From: Octopus sinensis
Taxonomy: Eukaryota
Direction: 5' to 3'
Assembly: GCF_006345805.1 (NCBI RefSeq)
Contig: NC_043008.1
Coordinates: 31,620,001 to 31,684,000 of the forward strand
Length of the DNA stretch: 64,000 nt
The notes beneath the pieces were generated by a model. That model was not told the DNA's origin and did no database searches. It saw only the letters and a list, made by a program, of their open reading frames with translations. Numbering within the stretch: position 1 is the stretch's first letter; each line of letters begins with the position of its first letter. The position numbers and the translations under genes are program-made. Shown here piece by piece: positions 23,406 through 36,926 of the stretch.

Positions 23406-23406
<1 letters not shown>
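21733..23406 (-). mobile_element. Tx1/L1-clade LINE copy 3 (subfamily B), 5'-truncated just after YADDV
   Basis: Almost identical to the 3' 1.67 kb of copy 2 (I see two substitutions and one A-run length difference). It begins TVIVSSYEH directly after (TATC)n. Confidence 0.95.

Positions 23407-23498
<92 letters not shown>
23407..23498. repeat. Pure (GATA)n array at the 5' flank of the Tx1 cluster (other spacers: 15496-15557, 21697-21732)
   Basis: Directly visible. Confidence 0.95.
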
Positions 23499-24306
23499 TA
23501 CGTACTTTAGCAGAAAACCGTTCTCTGGGCGGTTCCCCTGATCGAAACAACAATAATAAAAATAATAATAGTGGTGGTGGTGGTGGTGGTGGTGGCGGCG
23601 GTGGCGGCTAAGGCAATGACGACCGTAGTTATCTAAAACCATGAACAGATTTTTACCATTACACTGTACTCTAAAGCATTTTGGGAGGTGGGAAAAAAGC
23701 GTTTTTCTCTTCCTTTCTGTACTACAAATATTCAAGGTCAAATGCATTCACTTTAGTTTTGCAATAACACAAGTGCTATCATAACCCTCGTACATAGTCA
23801 ATAATTAGTTTTAATAGCTGTTTTCTACTATGAAGCTGTTTGCCATTTCCAGTGCTACAGTGATTCAGTAAGGTCTTCAGTTTTATACAAATTTCAGCAT
23901 ATTAAAGTTAACCTCATACACAACCCGTTCTACGATATACACACTGAAATGACATTTTCAGATATAAAGAATAAACAACGAAACACCCAGAGCTAAATCG
24001 GAATTATACATTCCAATCTGAAATAGAAATACCCAGAGAATTATTATAGAGCGGGTACATACAGAAATACTTTATATATTTTGCGGTGTGTTATCTACTT
24101 ACCTCGTTCCTTAAATACTAAATCAACAACACCGGATGTTGTATTTTGGTTAATGAGCAGACTGACTGTGGGAATATTTGGTGTTCAAACTGCATTCAGC
24201 TTGCATGCCGCTGTTGTTCAGCCTCAAATCTGTTCTGATCAAGTCTACGTATGATCAAAAAACGTTCCAGCCATGACATTTCGTTATGCACGCATGCATA
24301 TGTGTG

Positions 24307-24338
<32 letters not shown>

Positions 24339-24348
24339 ATATGTGTGT

Positions 24349-24446
<98 letters not shown>

Positions 24447-24525
24447 ATGTATGTATGTATGTATGTATACACACATGCAAACGAAAGAAAAGGGCACTCA
24501 ACACACTTAGTAGGAGTTACATGCA

Positions 24526-24678
24526 TTATTTAAAGCAGTTTGATTTGGTTCCATGCGATTTGAAGTTTCGCAGGTCTCTTCCAAGCTTTAGATTTCTGAA
24601 TCTATAACCTGAAAGACACGAGCTTCTGTTAGAGGCCTGCGAAATTTTAAGTCGCATAGAACCGAATCAAATTGTTTT

Positions 24679-24684
<6 letters not shown>
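24526..24684. repeat. Inverted repeat / MITE-like hairpin (54-bp arms, 51-nt loop)
   Basis: Arms align without gaps at 45/54 identity. Confidence 0.8.
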
Positions 24685-24722
<38 letters not shown>

Positions 24723-25085
24723 ATATATATATATCATAAGTGTGCTTTTCAAACAAAGTAGGGTACGATTTGAAACAATCTGACTGCTATTTCTTTTTCA
24801 GCAGTCGAGAGAGAGAGATCACTATTTTGAAGGGAGACCCTATTAGGTCGGCATCAGATTCTTTCAGTTATTGAATCCTATTTTCTTTACAATGTTTCTG
24901 CCCAGAAAATTATTTTATAGACGTATTTTCGTGCCAATCACCAGCATAATAATTTTAAAGAGTCATTATTATACTACTCTTTTACTGATTCTAAATATCC
25001 ACCAAGTTTGAGTCATCTCCAGAAACTACATAAATTATATTCCAAGTTGCACATAAGCTTAATGCTATAATATTTTCAGTCGGAA

Positions 25086-25420
25086 AGGCGGCGAGCTGGC
25101 AGAAACGTTAGCACGCCGGGCGAAATGCTTACCGGTATTTCGTCTGCCATCACGTTCTGAGTTCAAATTCCGCCGAGGTCGACTTTGCCTTTCATCCTTT
25201 CGGGGTCGATAAATTAAGGACCAGTTACGCACTGGGATCGATATAATCGACTTAATCCGTTTGTCTGTCCTTGTTTGTACCCTCTGTGTTTAGCTCCTTG
25301 TGGGTAGTAAAGAAATCTGGGTTGATAAATTAAGTACCAGTTGCGTGCTAGGGTCGATCTAATCGACTGGCTTCCTCCTCCAAAATTTCGGGCATTTTGC
25401 CTTGAGTAGAAAAGAATGTT
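25086..25420 (+). mobile_element. tRNA-derived SINE family A with Nin/Deu-like core, followed by a partial second unit
   Basis: B-box-like GAGTTCAAATTCC; core GGTCGACTTTGCCTTTCATCCTTTCGGGGTCGATAAA; tail TTGT..CCTCTGTGTTTAGC..CTTGTGGG. Confidence 0.8.
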
Positions 25421-25968
25421 TTCAGTCAGAAATACTGCAATAGTATGATACATTCCTTCAAAATAAGGCAGTGATTCATACTTCGTTCGGAGCTTCAAGC
25501 TCTCGACTAATGGAATTTCAGTACAATAAGATGTAAGGCCCATTTCGTGTACAAAATTCACATTCGTGAAAGACCATCTGTCAAAGTAAATCATCGAAAG
25601 TTTATAATAGAAAAATATTTAGTAATCGACCCCCAAGATTTCAGGGGCACTTCCTTCGTCTACAAACTACATAGACCGGCGTATAGGATATATGCTTTTG
25701 TTTTATTCATAAATTTATTCTTTTATTAGAATCTGTCATTGCATTACAGTCATATGAAGTCCTACTTTCAACGGTTTTGGTCGATCAGATCAAAACTAGA
25801 ACTTATTTGAGTCTCGTATTTGTTTTATCGAATTCTATACATCAAACGACTTGGTTGCAGTTTTTCATACAAACCCAATCAACACAATGCCATTTTACAC
25901 TGACAAGCACAAATAAACACAGATTCAAACACGCATATACACATACCCATATCTATACGTATATGCAC

Positions 25969-26006
<38 letters not shown>

Positions 26007-26957
26007 AATAAATGTGTGTGTGTGTGGAAATTTGTGGGTGTGTTTGTGGAGTTGTTATCTAATTCCTCTCACATCGTTTTATCGATTTTGATGAAACTTG
26101 ACACGTGAGTAGAAATCATGTCTGGAAAACTAGTGACGTAATTAGATTGTTGAAAAATATCGATAATAGGGCCACTGGAAGGGATTCTTATATCTACTAC
26201 ATATGACTAATATATTATTTTTAAACATCCAATGGAAATAACTCATTCGCTCCTGGAAGGGACCCTTATATATAGCCAAGAGAAATAACCCATTCATGTT
26301 CGTAACTTATTTGGTATAAATCAAACTGAGTATGCTTATTTCTTAGTATTTGAACTATTTGAATTATTTTCGCAATTTATCCAGTACAACGCTTAAACAA
26401 GTAAATAATATTTAGATCCACTTATTTCGGTTAGTGACTTATTCACGAATATTCCAACACTAGCGCCGCTGAGGGTAATATTCTCTGCGAACGCACAAAA
26501 GCTTTTTTCAGAGTTATTTACATTGAATTGTTGTGTGTGTGGATATGTGTGTATATATGAGCACGTACATACACATATATGTTTGTGTATGTGGGTGTAC
26601 GTATGTTGACTATATGAATGCAGGAGGTTTATGCCTATGTATTGTGAGAATATGGTTACGTGTATTTTTTCTCTTTCCCTTTTTCTTTTTCTACCAATTA
26701 GAGTAACTTCCCTTTCATTCAACGGTTTTTCATAGCATTTATTGTCATTAACAGCTGACAAGAATGCATCGTAGCTCTTCGCTCCGACATTCGAAACTCC
26801 GAGTACTATAGTGACAACTTACTGTTTGTTCTAAAGTATATATATATATATATATATACATGCACACATATATATATGTATATATATATATATCTATATA
26901 TATATATATATTATATATATATATATATAATATATATATATATATGTATGTATGTAT

Positions 26958-26997
<40 letters not shown>

Positions 26998-27896
26998 TCA
27001 TATATAGATATGTCTGTGTTTGTATGTGTGTGCGTGTGTGTGTGTGCGTGTGTTTGTGTGTGTGCGTGTGTGTGTTTGCGTGTGCGTGTGCGTGTGTGTG
27101 TATGAGTGCATTAGGCGTATCATAGCTGAATGACTATGAAGTTCATTTCGCTATCACAGAGGCTTCTTGGATACAAGTCTTTTAACCTAGGCTCAGGTCG
27201 ACCCATATTTTGCAAGTGACACTGAATTAGTCGCAAGCTACATGCAAGACCGCCATATAGATTCAGCTGTAATTCACAAATGCAGTCTTGTCACACACAG
27301 CATCACACTGATTCTGCTTGAAAATTACGTTATCAGTTCACATATCTGTGGAATACGCAAGTACTTTCATGCGAATTCAATGAGCAGATACTTTTAGTTG
27401 TTCGAACAGCAGAAAATTCATCGTCGAAACTGACGAAGTTCCATATACTTATTTTATTAGTGCATGCATACACATGCACACATGCTCATACACATATATT
27501 TTTGCACATATAAACGCAATAACTCACTCAAATATCCGCGCGGAAACCTCAGTTTAAGTGTAGCAATTCAAACCTTTATGCATCCCTTTATACTCCTTTT
27601 ATAACTTATGCAAAGATATTGCAAGAGTACACTGTACACCATGCCCCCGCTCCAGTTGTGGCAACATTACGCATGTCATGAGAGGGAAATGGTGGTGGAG
27701 AAAGGGTTAGTCACACTCCGCCCTTTTATATTTGTGTCACTTTCTGCATATATCTTCACAGTCCTTGATATTTAAGTAAAGGGTCTATGGTATTACCTTC
27801 AATAATCTCCGTCCTGTTGTCCATCTATCAGCTTGCCTGCCTGTTATTATCTCACACCCACGCGTGCACACGCATCCAAAGATTCATACAGCTAAA

Positions 27897-27927
<31 letters not shown>

Positions 27928-28799
27928 GCACTCATATTCACGCATGTGAGAACAAACAGAGGTGACTATGCATTTATTGATACATACGAATGCATTTAAT
28001 CTTACGTACACTTACACAAAGCATACGCATACTCTTAGATCAATAAACAATGGTACAAACATAAACAACAACACAAATGTGAGTCAACGAATAAGCGTCT
28101 ATGCAGTCGCTCGACCTGCTAGAAATTGCAGTCAAATCTTCCTCAAATTATATTTTACCACCTTAAATGCAGAATACATTGGACAATGTAGTCCTAGATA
28201 TAAATACCACGAACGTAGTTTAGTTACTAGTTAGGATTTCGACTAAGAGTCGCCAGTTATTGAAAATGGATCCACCAATCTGTTTGCGACATCAGAGATC
28301 TGTTAATTTTTTATTTTTTGTCTTGTTTCAATCTGTGAAACCGCCCGAAAGAATTTTTAGTCGAATGTTTCGAACCCAGTACTTATTTAGTGTGTTCATT
28401 ATCTATAACACATTAACAGTCAGTTTTAATATTGCTTGCTTGCTTGCTTGCAATGTTACTCAGGCAAACTGGCGCATAATGGGAAAATACTATGAATTAA
28501 GTTTACACTGAAATGTTAATAGGAACAGAATGAAACAAGTTTTGCGTAAATTGAAGCAGTAGTTATTGAAATATTCGGGGTTTGGAATATAAATACACAT
28601 AACGTTAATGTTAAAATGTTCCGAATTTAACTTCATCCCGAAAGGGAAGAAAATCTAAGCTTTCGATTAGACTGACTTGACAACGAAAAAATACGATTTG
28701 TTTTTTTACTGTAAAGATATATATATATATACAACCTTCGACACAGTAAGTCATATATACAATTTGAACAGACACACATATCAGTACATAAATATACAT

Positions 28800-29123
28800 T
28801 TACATATACATACACATATACACACACGCAGAAACGTCAACACACTTACATACGTAAATACTCACATACATACATCTATACATACAAACATGCATGCATG
28901 CGTGCATACATACATGCATGTGTATATGCGTATATACATGCATACACATGTACACATCTGCATACGTATATGCATAGATGCATACATACACACATACATA
29001 CATACATACATGCGTATATGCGTATATACATGCATAGGTATGTACACATCTGCATAGTACATGCATACAGGCAAACATACACGCACACACATACATGTAT
29101 ACATACATACATACATACATACA

Positions 29124-29154
<31 letters not shown>

Positions 29155-29155
29155 C
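28800..29155. repeat. Compound (CATA)n/(CA)n/(TA)n microsatellite
   Basis: Directly visible; source of several spurious ORFs. Confidence 0.9.
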
Positions 29156-29460
29156 ATGAACTTCGTAACTTAGGTGTGAAATAGTTTTTCTCCCTGTTTT
29201 TTTTTTTTTTTTCGAGAGCACTCAACGTTATCTCACCTCCAAAGATTTGGCTAGCGCGCCCTGCTACTATGTAACAGCTATTTGTGATAAGGGATCGGAC
29301 ATATCTGTTACGTGGTCGCAGGGCGTGCAAGAAATAGCAGCCAAATCTTTCCTTTTCTGGGGGAGAGGAGCCGTTTACGCGTGATTTCTATGTCACATTC
29401 GTTGAAAGCATGCAAAATAACCTGGAAATAAAAAAATCCCACAAAAAAATCTCCGTTGCT

Positions 29461-29506
29461 GGGAAACTGAGTTTCCCGGTGACCCAACGGGTCACGGGTA
29501 GTCTAG
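29461..29506 (+). mobile_element. Helitron-like 3' terminus
   Basis: GC-rich hairpin GTGACCC-AAC-GGGTCAC a few nt before CTAG, preceded by a second hairpin GGGAAAC-TGA-GTTTCCC. Confidence 0.55.
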
Positions 29507-29939
29507 CTTACCATGAATTTAGTATGAAATGATTAATAACTAAATGATTTATAAAAGAGAAAATGATTACTTGAAAACTACAAGGTGGACAAAATTAGAG
29601 AACGTATGGTTTAAAATTCGAAAAGTAAAATCTGACAACACTGCAACCGATGTAAACTAAGTTTTGAATTTTTGAATTTTGTCATGCGGTCTCTTGTTTT
29701 GTCCCTCTTGTATTTTTCAAATAAACATTTTTTCTATTATGAATTATTTAGTTATCAATCACTTCCTATAAAGTTTATTGTAAAGAATGAAGATGCTTCA
29801 AAGTATATACAGTAAAAATGCCATTCATAAAAATGAAGTAGAAATGTAAATATCTTTATTTTTTATTTTCGTTCTCTAATTTTGGCCACTACTATATATC
29901 CTCCGATAAAGAAGCATTAGAGCAGTAATATACTTTTTA

Positions 29940-30059
29940 GAGTGACCATTGGTTTCGCACCTATAAAGCGCATAGCAGTATAGGCGTCACCTTTTCTGCA
30001 TGGCACGTATGGTGCCTATACTGCTAAGAGCTTTATAGGTGCGAAACTAATGGTCACTG
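29940..30059. mobile_element. 120-bp Tc1/mariner-type MITE (near-complete fold-back)
   Basis: TA|(C>G)AGTGACC...GGTCACTG|TA; ~49-bp arms with 5 mismatches and a 20-nt loop. Confidence 0.7.
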
Positions 30060-30143
30060 TATGACCGGCCATAGCTTTTGACTTCCTAATATGTGTGTAC
30101 ATACACACACACATATATGCACGAATGTATGTATATGTGTATG

Positions 30144-30210
<67 letters not shown>

Positions 30211-30695
30211 CATGTATGCATGTATGTATGTATGTATGTATGTATGTATGTATGTATGTGTATGCATGTATGTATGTATGTATGTATGTATGTATGTATG
30301 TATAACCACATGTGAAGTAGTCTACATATGTCTGGGTTTGTTTGAGTCTAACTTCTTTCCGCTGTTCTTGCTGTCGAATGCAAAACAAAAAATTAAGTGA
30401 AAACATTACAAAGCGAGGCTATATAAACAAATACAGCGAGGATATATATATAAGACATATGATACTAGATTATATACACACGGTGTCGTGTAGGGATGTA
30501 TAAACACGAACAGAAAAAAGGAACCATCTTGCTCGCTTTTGTTTCTCAAAAGTCTTTTGAATTTTTTGAATAAATCTCTGAAGAGACAATGGAGGTTTTA
30601 TTTTCAGACAGCCCTGGGGAAATATTGTGCCTTAACCCTAAAATAAACAGAATCTAGGGATTTTTGTCCCTTTTTGTGGTTTGGGGCGAAGGTTG

Positions 30696-30780
<85 letters not shown>

Positions 30781-32632
30781 TTCTATACATATACACTTTA
30801 CAATATAGTTTATTCCATTGTTTGTTTATAGTTCTCAATGCTTTGCTTTCGCTTCGTAAATTATTTTAGTATTTATATCTTTCGCTTATTTTCATTTTAT
30901 TCATTGCTTTTTACATCTCTTTTTAGTTGTTTGTGAAACTCTACTTTTCAAAGATGTACAGTTTGTATGAACGAACCTGTGCAATGTACAGTAACGCGCA
31001 ATCGATGCTCAAATGTTTACGAGAGCGTGGGCATGTGTGTGTTTTGAGGATGGTTGGTGGTGGCATTTGTATGTGAGCGCGTAAAAATGTGAGTACATTT
31101 ACAACATATATGTAGTCTCCCCATTCTTGCCGTAAACAACTAGAGGTTGATGTGAACAGTTTCTAGTTTTATTAATCTTTCAATAGGAAAAAATACCCAT
31201 CCTTTGTCGATGGAGCCTAGTTGTACGAAGTAATTAGAGCTTAATCATATATATACATACAGAATTCATTATTTTGTGGTGTCAAATGCCACAAAATTCC
31301 GTCTGTTGCAAATTCTGGAAGCCCTTGTTCTTCACGTCCAGCACCAGGGACTCACAAACGTTTTTCAAAACATTGCAGCATTTTACAATTTATCTACTTA
31401 ACCTTTCGAAGATTCGATGAATTTTATGAAGCTTGTGTTCCTGCAGAATATTTAACTGTTTAAAAAATGTCAGTCTAATATGAAAGCTGCATGATTTATC
31501 CACATCATTCTGTCAAGCTAATCAATTTTTATCCTGGACTTCAAAGAGTAATTTGAACTCGTCTTTTAAGTTCAAATACATATTCAGCTACATTCCCTCC
31601 AGAAAGTTGTCGAGCATTTGAATGGAAAAGAAGCCGAAACTCAGCTCAGTAGCAAGGGCTACAGTATATAGAATTTTCATATTTGGCTGCGACGGTCCTC
31701 ATCAGATGATATTGGCCCACATTTCTACCAATCATTGTTCTGGCGCATTCGAGTGTTGTTAAGGTTAATGGAAAACCCCAGTAATCGTGATTATAAATTG
31801 AATTGTGCTGTAAATGCAAAGCAGAGGGGACAGAGGACACGTAGAAACTTTCTCAATTACCGGATAGCTATGTCACTCTAGCTTCTCGCCGAGTACGAAG
31901 ACATAACATTTCCTCCTTTCGCCGAGCATACATTCTCACACACCAGCTACTGGTATTCAGCAATTCAGCGTAACAGCTTTCTGTAAGGTAACGATTGTAA
32001 ATCTGCAAGTAAAATCTAAATAATGTGATTGGTTTTATTGAGAGCAGCCACACCAAATAATCGGAGCGCCCAGCCAACCAGCTCACAATTTCATAATACC
32101 ACTGATGGAAATGTCAGTTAATAGTTCGTTTTTTGTCCAAATTTACAATTTCAATTGATTGATTCCAAATCTAGTGGAGTACATGTATTTTCTTTTTTCC
32201 ATTCAGGCACAAATGTGGCTGTGTGGTAAGGAGTTTGCAGTCTCACTTCGTCGCAACTTAAGCAAGTGTCCTCGACCATAACCTCGGCCAGCCAAAGCCT
32301 TGTGTGTGGATTTGGTACACAGAAACTGAAAGAAGCCCGTCGAACATGTGTATGCGCGCGCGTGTGTGTGTATGTGTGCGTGTCTTCTATTTTTTAATTA
32401 TTATAAATCTTCCACTGAGGAGGAAGCCGGTTTCCAACAACAATACAAGGCTCCGTATTTGGGATGTAGTTAACACAGATAAATTCACATTTGGAACTTG
32501 AGAAAAGTCTTGCATATTTTTACTGTTCCGCTTACAGATTGCACGAATCAGCCGGTCAATTTCTCTTTCTGAAAATCCCAGTTTAACCAGATTCTCCTTT
32601 ACGCATTTACTAACAAAACTTAGTGCTCCAAT

Positions 32633-33052
32633 TATGTATGTATGTATGTATGTATGTATGTATGTATGTATGTATGTATGTATGTATGTATGTAGGTATG
32701 TATGTATGTAGTATGTATGTATGTAGTATGTATGTATGTATGTATGTATGTATGATGTATGTATGTATGTATGTATGTATGTATGTATGTATGTATGTAT
32801 GTATGTATGTATGTATGTATGTATGTATGTAGTATGTATGTATGTATGTGTATGTATGTATGTAGGTATGTATGTATGTAGTATGTATGTATGTAATGTA
32901 TGTATGTATGTATGTAATGTATGTATGTATGTATGTATGTATGTATGTATGATGTATGTATGTATGTATGTAGTATGTATGTATGTATTGTATGTATGTA
33001 TGTATGTATGTATGTATGTATGTATGTATGTATGTATGTATGTATGTATGTA
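32633..33052. repeat. Long (TATG)n microsatellite
   Basis: Directly visible. Confidence 0.95.
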
Positions 33053-33159
33053 CAGGATGCGTTGAATAAATTGTCTAAATTATGCAAACATGAAAATAAC
33101 ACTGACATCTCATTTAAAAATATATTTACCAAAATTACATAAAAATATCTTGAAATACT

Positions 33160-33960
33160 AACGAGTAAATTTATTCAATAAAATTGCCATTGGCTTCAAC
33201 CACGACCTCCAGACGACTTCGGAATCTCCTGCAACTCTTCTGGAGGGTCACCTTGTTTAAGTTGCTGAATGCTGCCATAATCTTTGCCTTCAGTTCTTCT
33301 TTGGGGTTACAAGGAATTTTGTTGGACTCTCGCTTTTGCAGTCTGGAGAGTTAAGTGGTTAGATGTTAGGGGTGATGTGGTCGCAGAAATTGTTTGACAG
33401 TCATAACTGGGTTCCTCTGCTTGTGTGACATGGTGCAGAGTCCTGCTGCCAGACATAGGCTCTTCCAGCAGCCACCCTCTTGACCCAGGGCAGCACTACC
33501 TCCTCCAGGTATTTGATGTAGGCCTCCGTATTCAATCTGAAGCCGCGTGAGAAGATGAATGGAGGCATAACGTCGCCATCGCTAGTGATCACTCCAAAAA
33601 CCATGATGTTGATTAGATTTTTGACTTTTATCACTCTCGGTACATGTTTTGAAGACACAGCAAGCCAATGGTCGTTCGGTGTGTTCACCATCTGATCCTG
33701 GCAGAAATTGTTGTCGTCTAAGAAAAACCAAAGCATGTTTTATTGGAGTGGGTGATTGAGTGTGTTCACAAGCTTCGTAGTGCGGTCTTTTCTCTTCTCC
33801 TTGATGGCTTGGGATAAAAACTGGCCTTCTCTTGTATGAGGAATACTGAATGTCTTCATGTAGTATCTGCCTGATAAGAAACTCAAACACTCTAAATTCT
33901 CTGGCGATGGACCTGATTGACTTGAAGCGGTCGTTGTCAATCATGGCTTAGATTGACAAC
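33160..33960 (-). pseudogene. Degenerate Tc1/mariner transposase fragment, maT (DD37D)-like
   Basis: MVFGVITSDGDVMPPFIF...YIKYLEEVVLPWV...WQQDSAPCHTS, followed by a broken PPNSPD-like motif. Confidence 0.75.
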
Positions 33961-34794
33961 AAATTCAGGAGTTCTTTTCTCATCAGAAAGATCAGAGTGA
34001 GTTTTCTGAGCTATCGTATGATAAATTTCTGGAAATTTTTACAGATTTTTACAGTTCCAGTGATGGATTGGATCTGTAGTCTTCGAATTAGGTTTTTCCT
34101 TTCTGATTTTGTGAAGCCTAATTTCTCAAGACTGGTATTTTAGGGAGTGTGTTACATATCCTAGTTCCCTAATAATTACAGATATAAACCTGAACTTGTG
34201 ATGTGGATAGAGTAACTGCAGATTTCTCAATAGTTCAGTGTGTGTATTCTCTTTTTTACTGATCTTCAGCTTTATGTTAGCATCCATTGGGCTGCAAATT
34301 TCCACAACTGTACAGTTTCTCTTCTCTATCCTAAATCATTATATCAAGTCTGTTGTGCTTAAATTTTATTGAGGTCTTTACTGGGACATTCCACCAGTAC
34401 TCCATTTTATTATGAGTGGCTACGGTTTCTACCATACAGTGGGTTCTTATTTCTCTGTCCTCGGGGTTATCCTTCCGACGGTAGTAATCCGGCTATTGGT
34501 CCATGATAGACTTGATGATACGTATGAATGTATGTATGTATGTATGTATGTAGTATGTATGTATGTATGTATGTATGTATGTATGTATGTATGTATGTGT
34601 GTGTATGCTTGTGTATATATCCATACGCACAGACATACCTACACAATACATATATCTGTGCATGTGGTCGTATGTATGTGTGCACATTTGTATGGGAAAG
34701 TATCTTCGTTGAAAGGTCAATATTTTTTTAACTTAGCAGAAAATATTGTTTACTTGCAAGATGAGAATTTAGTAATCAACTTATTCACTTGTAC

Positions 34795-34873
<79 letters not shown>

Positions 34874-35635
34874 CTTTACATACACACGTGTGTTTATTAT
34901 ATCAGATATACATATATTTACACGCATACTTAGACAAATATATGTACATATATGTTTACGCATGTGTGTGTGTGTGTGTTGTATATATGTATATGTATGT
35001 ATTACACTATGCGTGTGTATACAGACGTGAGAGAGAGAGAGGGAGTGAGAGTGTGTGTGTGAGTGGTGTATGTGCATGCGTGTGTGCGTGTGTGTGTGTG
35101 TGTGTGAGTATGTGTGTGTGTGTGTGTGTGTATGTTTATGTGTGTGTGTGTGTGTGTATGTTTATGTGTGTGTGTGTGTGTGTGTCTGTGTATTTCTCTC
35201 GCACTACCCATCCTTCGCACCGTCTGTAAAGCCCCTAATCCGAATGTCTCATATCGCTCGCTACTGATTCGAAGCTATTATCGCGAAGAGTAACCCAGAC
35301 ACTTCGCCTAATATATATATATATATACATTAGTGAAATGTCATATTAATTGTCTTGTAACTACCATAAAAACGTTCTAAAAATGATCAATGTTTTGCTT
35401 CTGTGTGTGTTTTTTTTACACAGACAACGACCATCTGTTGGCAGTATAACTGAAATGTGTGGTTGTCTGTGCGTTTGCCTTTTTGTGTTTGCGCGTATGT
35501 GTTTGTGTGTGTATCTGTGTGTGAGCACGCGCGGCTTTGTATTTAGATAGGCAAACACTTATACTTACATGTATGTTAATATGTACATACACACACGCAT
35601 ATATAAGTATACGTATATACGCACACGAAAATATA

Positions 35636-36926
35636 TTGGGTTGGCATGAATGTAGTTTCGGTTTTTTAGTGTAAAATAAGTCATTTTTTTTCATACAAAG
35701 AATGAACTTTAATCAATTATATTTTTTCCATTTTGTTCGATGACCTTCTGCCATCTTTCTGGCAATTTCATGATTCCGCGCTCATAGAATTTCTGGTCCT
35801 TATCAGCCCAAAACTGAAGTAAGTACGATTTTAGGTCATCATCATTATTGAAAGTTTTACCATTCAAAGAATTTTGCAAACTTCGAAATAAATGGTAATC
35901 TGATGGTGGACGATCAGGACTATATGGTGGATGTGTCATCACTTCCCAACCAAGCTCCAATAATTTTCACGAGTTAACAAAGACATATGTGGCCTAGCGT
36001 TGTCACGGTGGAACACGATTCCTTTACGATTTGCCAATTCTAGACGTTTTTCTTTGATTCCTTCCTCTAGTTTCATTAGTTGTTGATAGTAAACATCTGA
36101 ATTGATCGTTTGGTTCCTTGGAAGCAGCTCAAAATACACAACACCTTTGTAATCCCACCAAATTGACAGCATGACCTTTTTTTGATTCAATTCAGCTTTC
36201 GATGAGGCTTGTACTGGTTCATTACTCTCGGACCATTATCGTTTTTGATTGATGTTATTGTAGACAATCCATTTTTAATCACCAGTGATGATTTGTTTAA
36301 GAGAAATTGTCGATTTGATTGCGTTTGAGATGCATATCTCAAATATTAAGGTGTTGTGTTAAGTGAATCTCTTTCAATTTATGTGGAACCCAAATATCGA
36401 GCTTCTTAATGAGTCCAAGACATTTTAAGTGATTTTCAATTGTTGTGTGTGATCCATTTAACCTCCCTGTAATCTCTCGCACAGTTATATGACAATCAGA
36501 TTCAATTATGTCTTTGATTTGGTCATCATCAACTTCAGTAGGTTGACCAAAACGTTGGTCATCTTTGAGAGAAAAATCTCCAGAACGGAATTTTTAAAAC
36601 CATTTCTGATATGTGCATTCTGTTAAGCAACCAACACCATAAACCTCACATATCTCTTTGTGAGCCTCAGCAGATTTCTTGCCTTTACAAAAATTAAAAG
36701 TAAAATATGTCGAAAATGCTCGTTTTTGCATTCCATGTTAAAATCGACACTGAACTAACAGCTGTATACAAAATTACACGCAATTTGCTTCTAAAGTAAG
36801 CTAAAAGTAACGGGTATCAAATGTCAACAGGAAAAAATCATAACATTAACAAAAGTCATACAAAAAAATCGTAACTATAGAGTTACAATTTTTTTACGAA
36901 AAACGAAATTACTTTCTTGCCAACCC

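Noticed and set aside
21733-23406. Copy 3 as an assembly duplication of copy 2
   Set aside because: It has its own 5' junction and substitutions (EKN vs ETN, SLIN vs SFIN). Read-level confirmation is still advisable.
22036-23553. 505-aa ORF fusing an upstream peptide and (LSIY)n to the RT C-terminus
   Set aside because: It starts at TTG, runs through the TATC microsatellite and lacks the N-terminal RT and YADD. It is a chance in-frame junction of truncated copy 3.
25214-25594. 126-aa minus-strand ORF as a host exon
   Set aside because: Half of it is SINE antisense, and there is no convincing donor site or recognisable motif.
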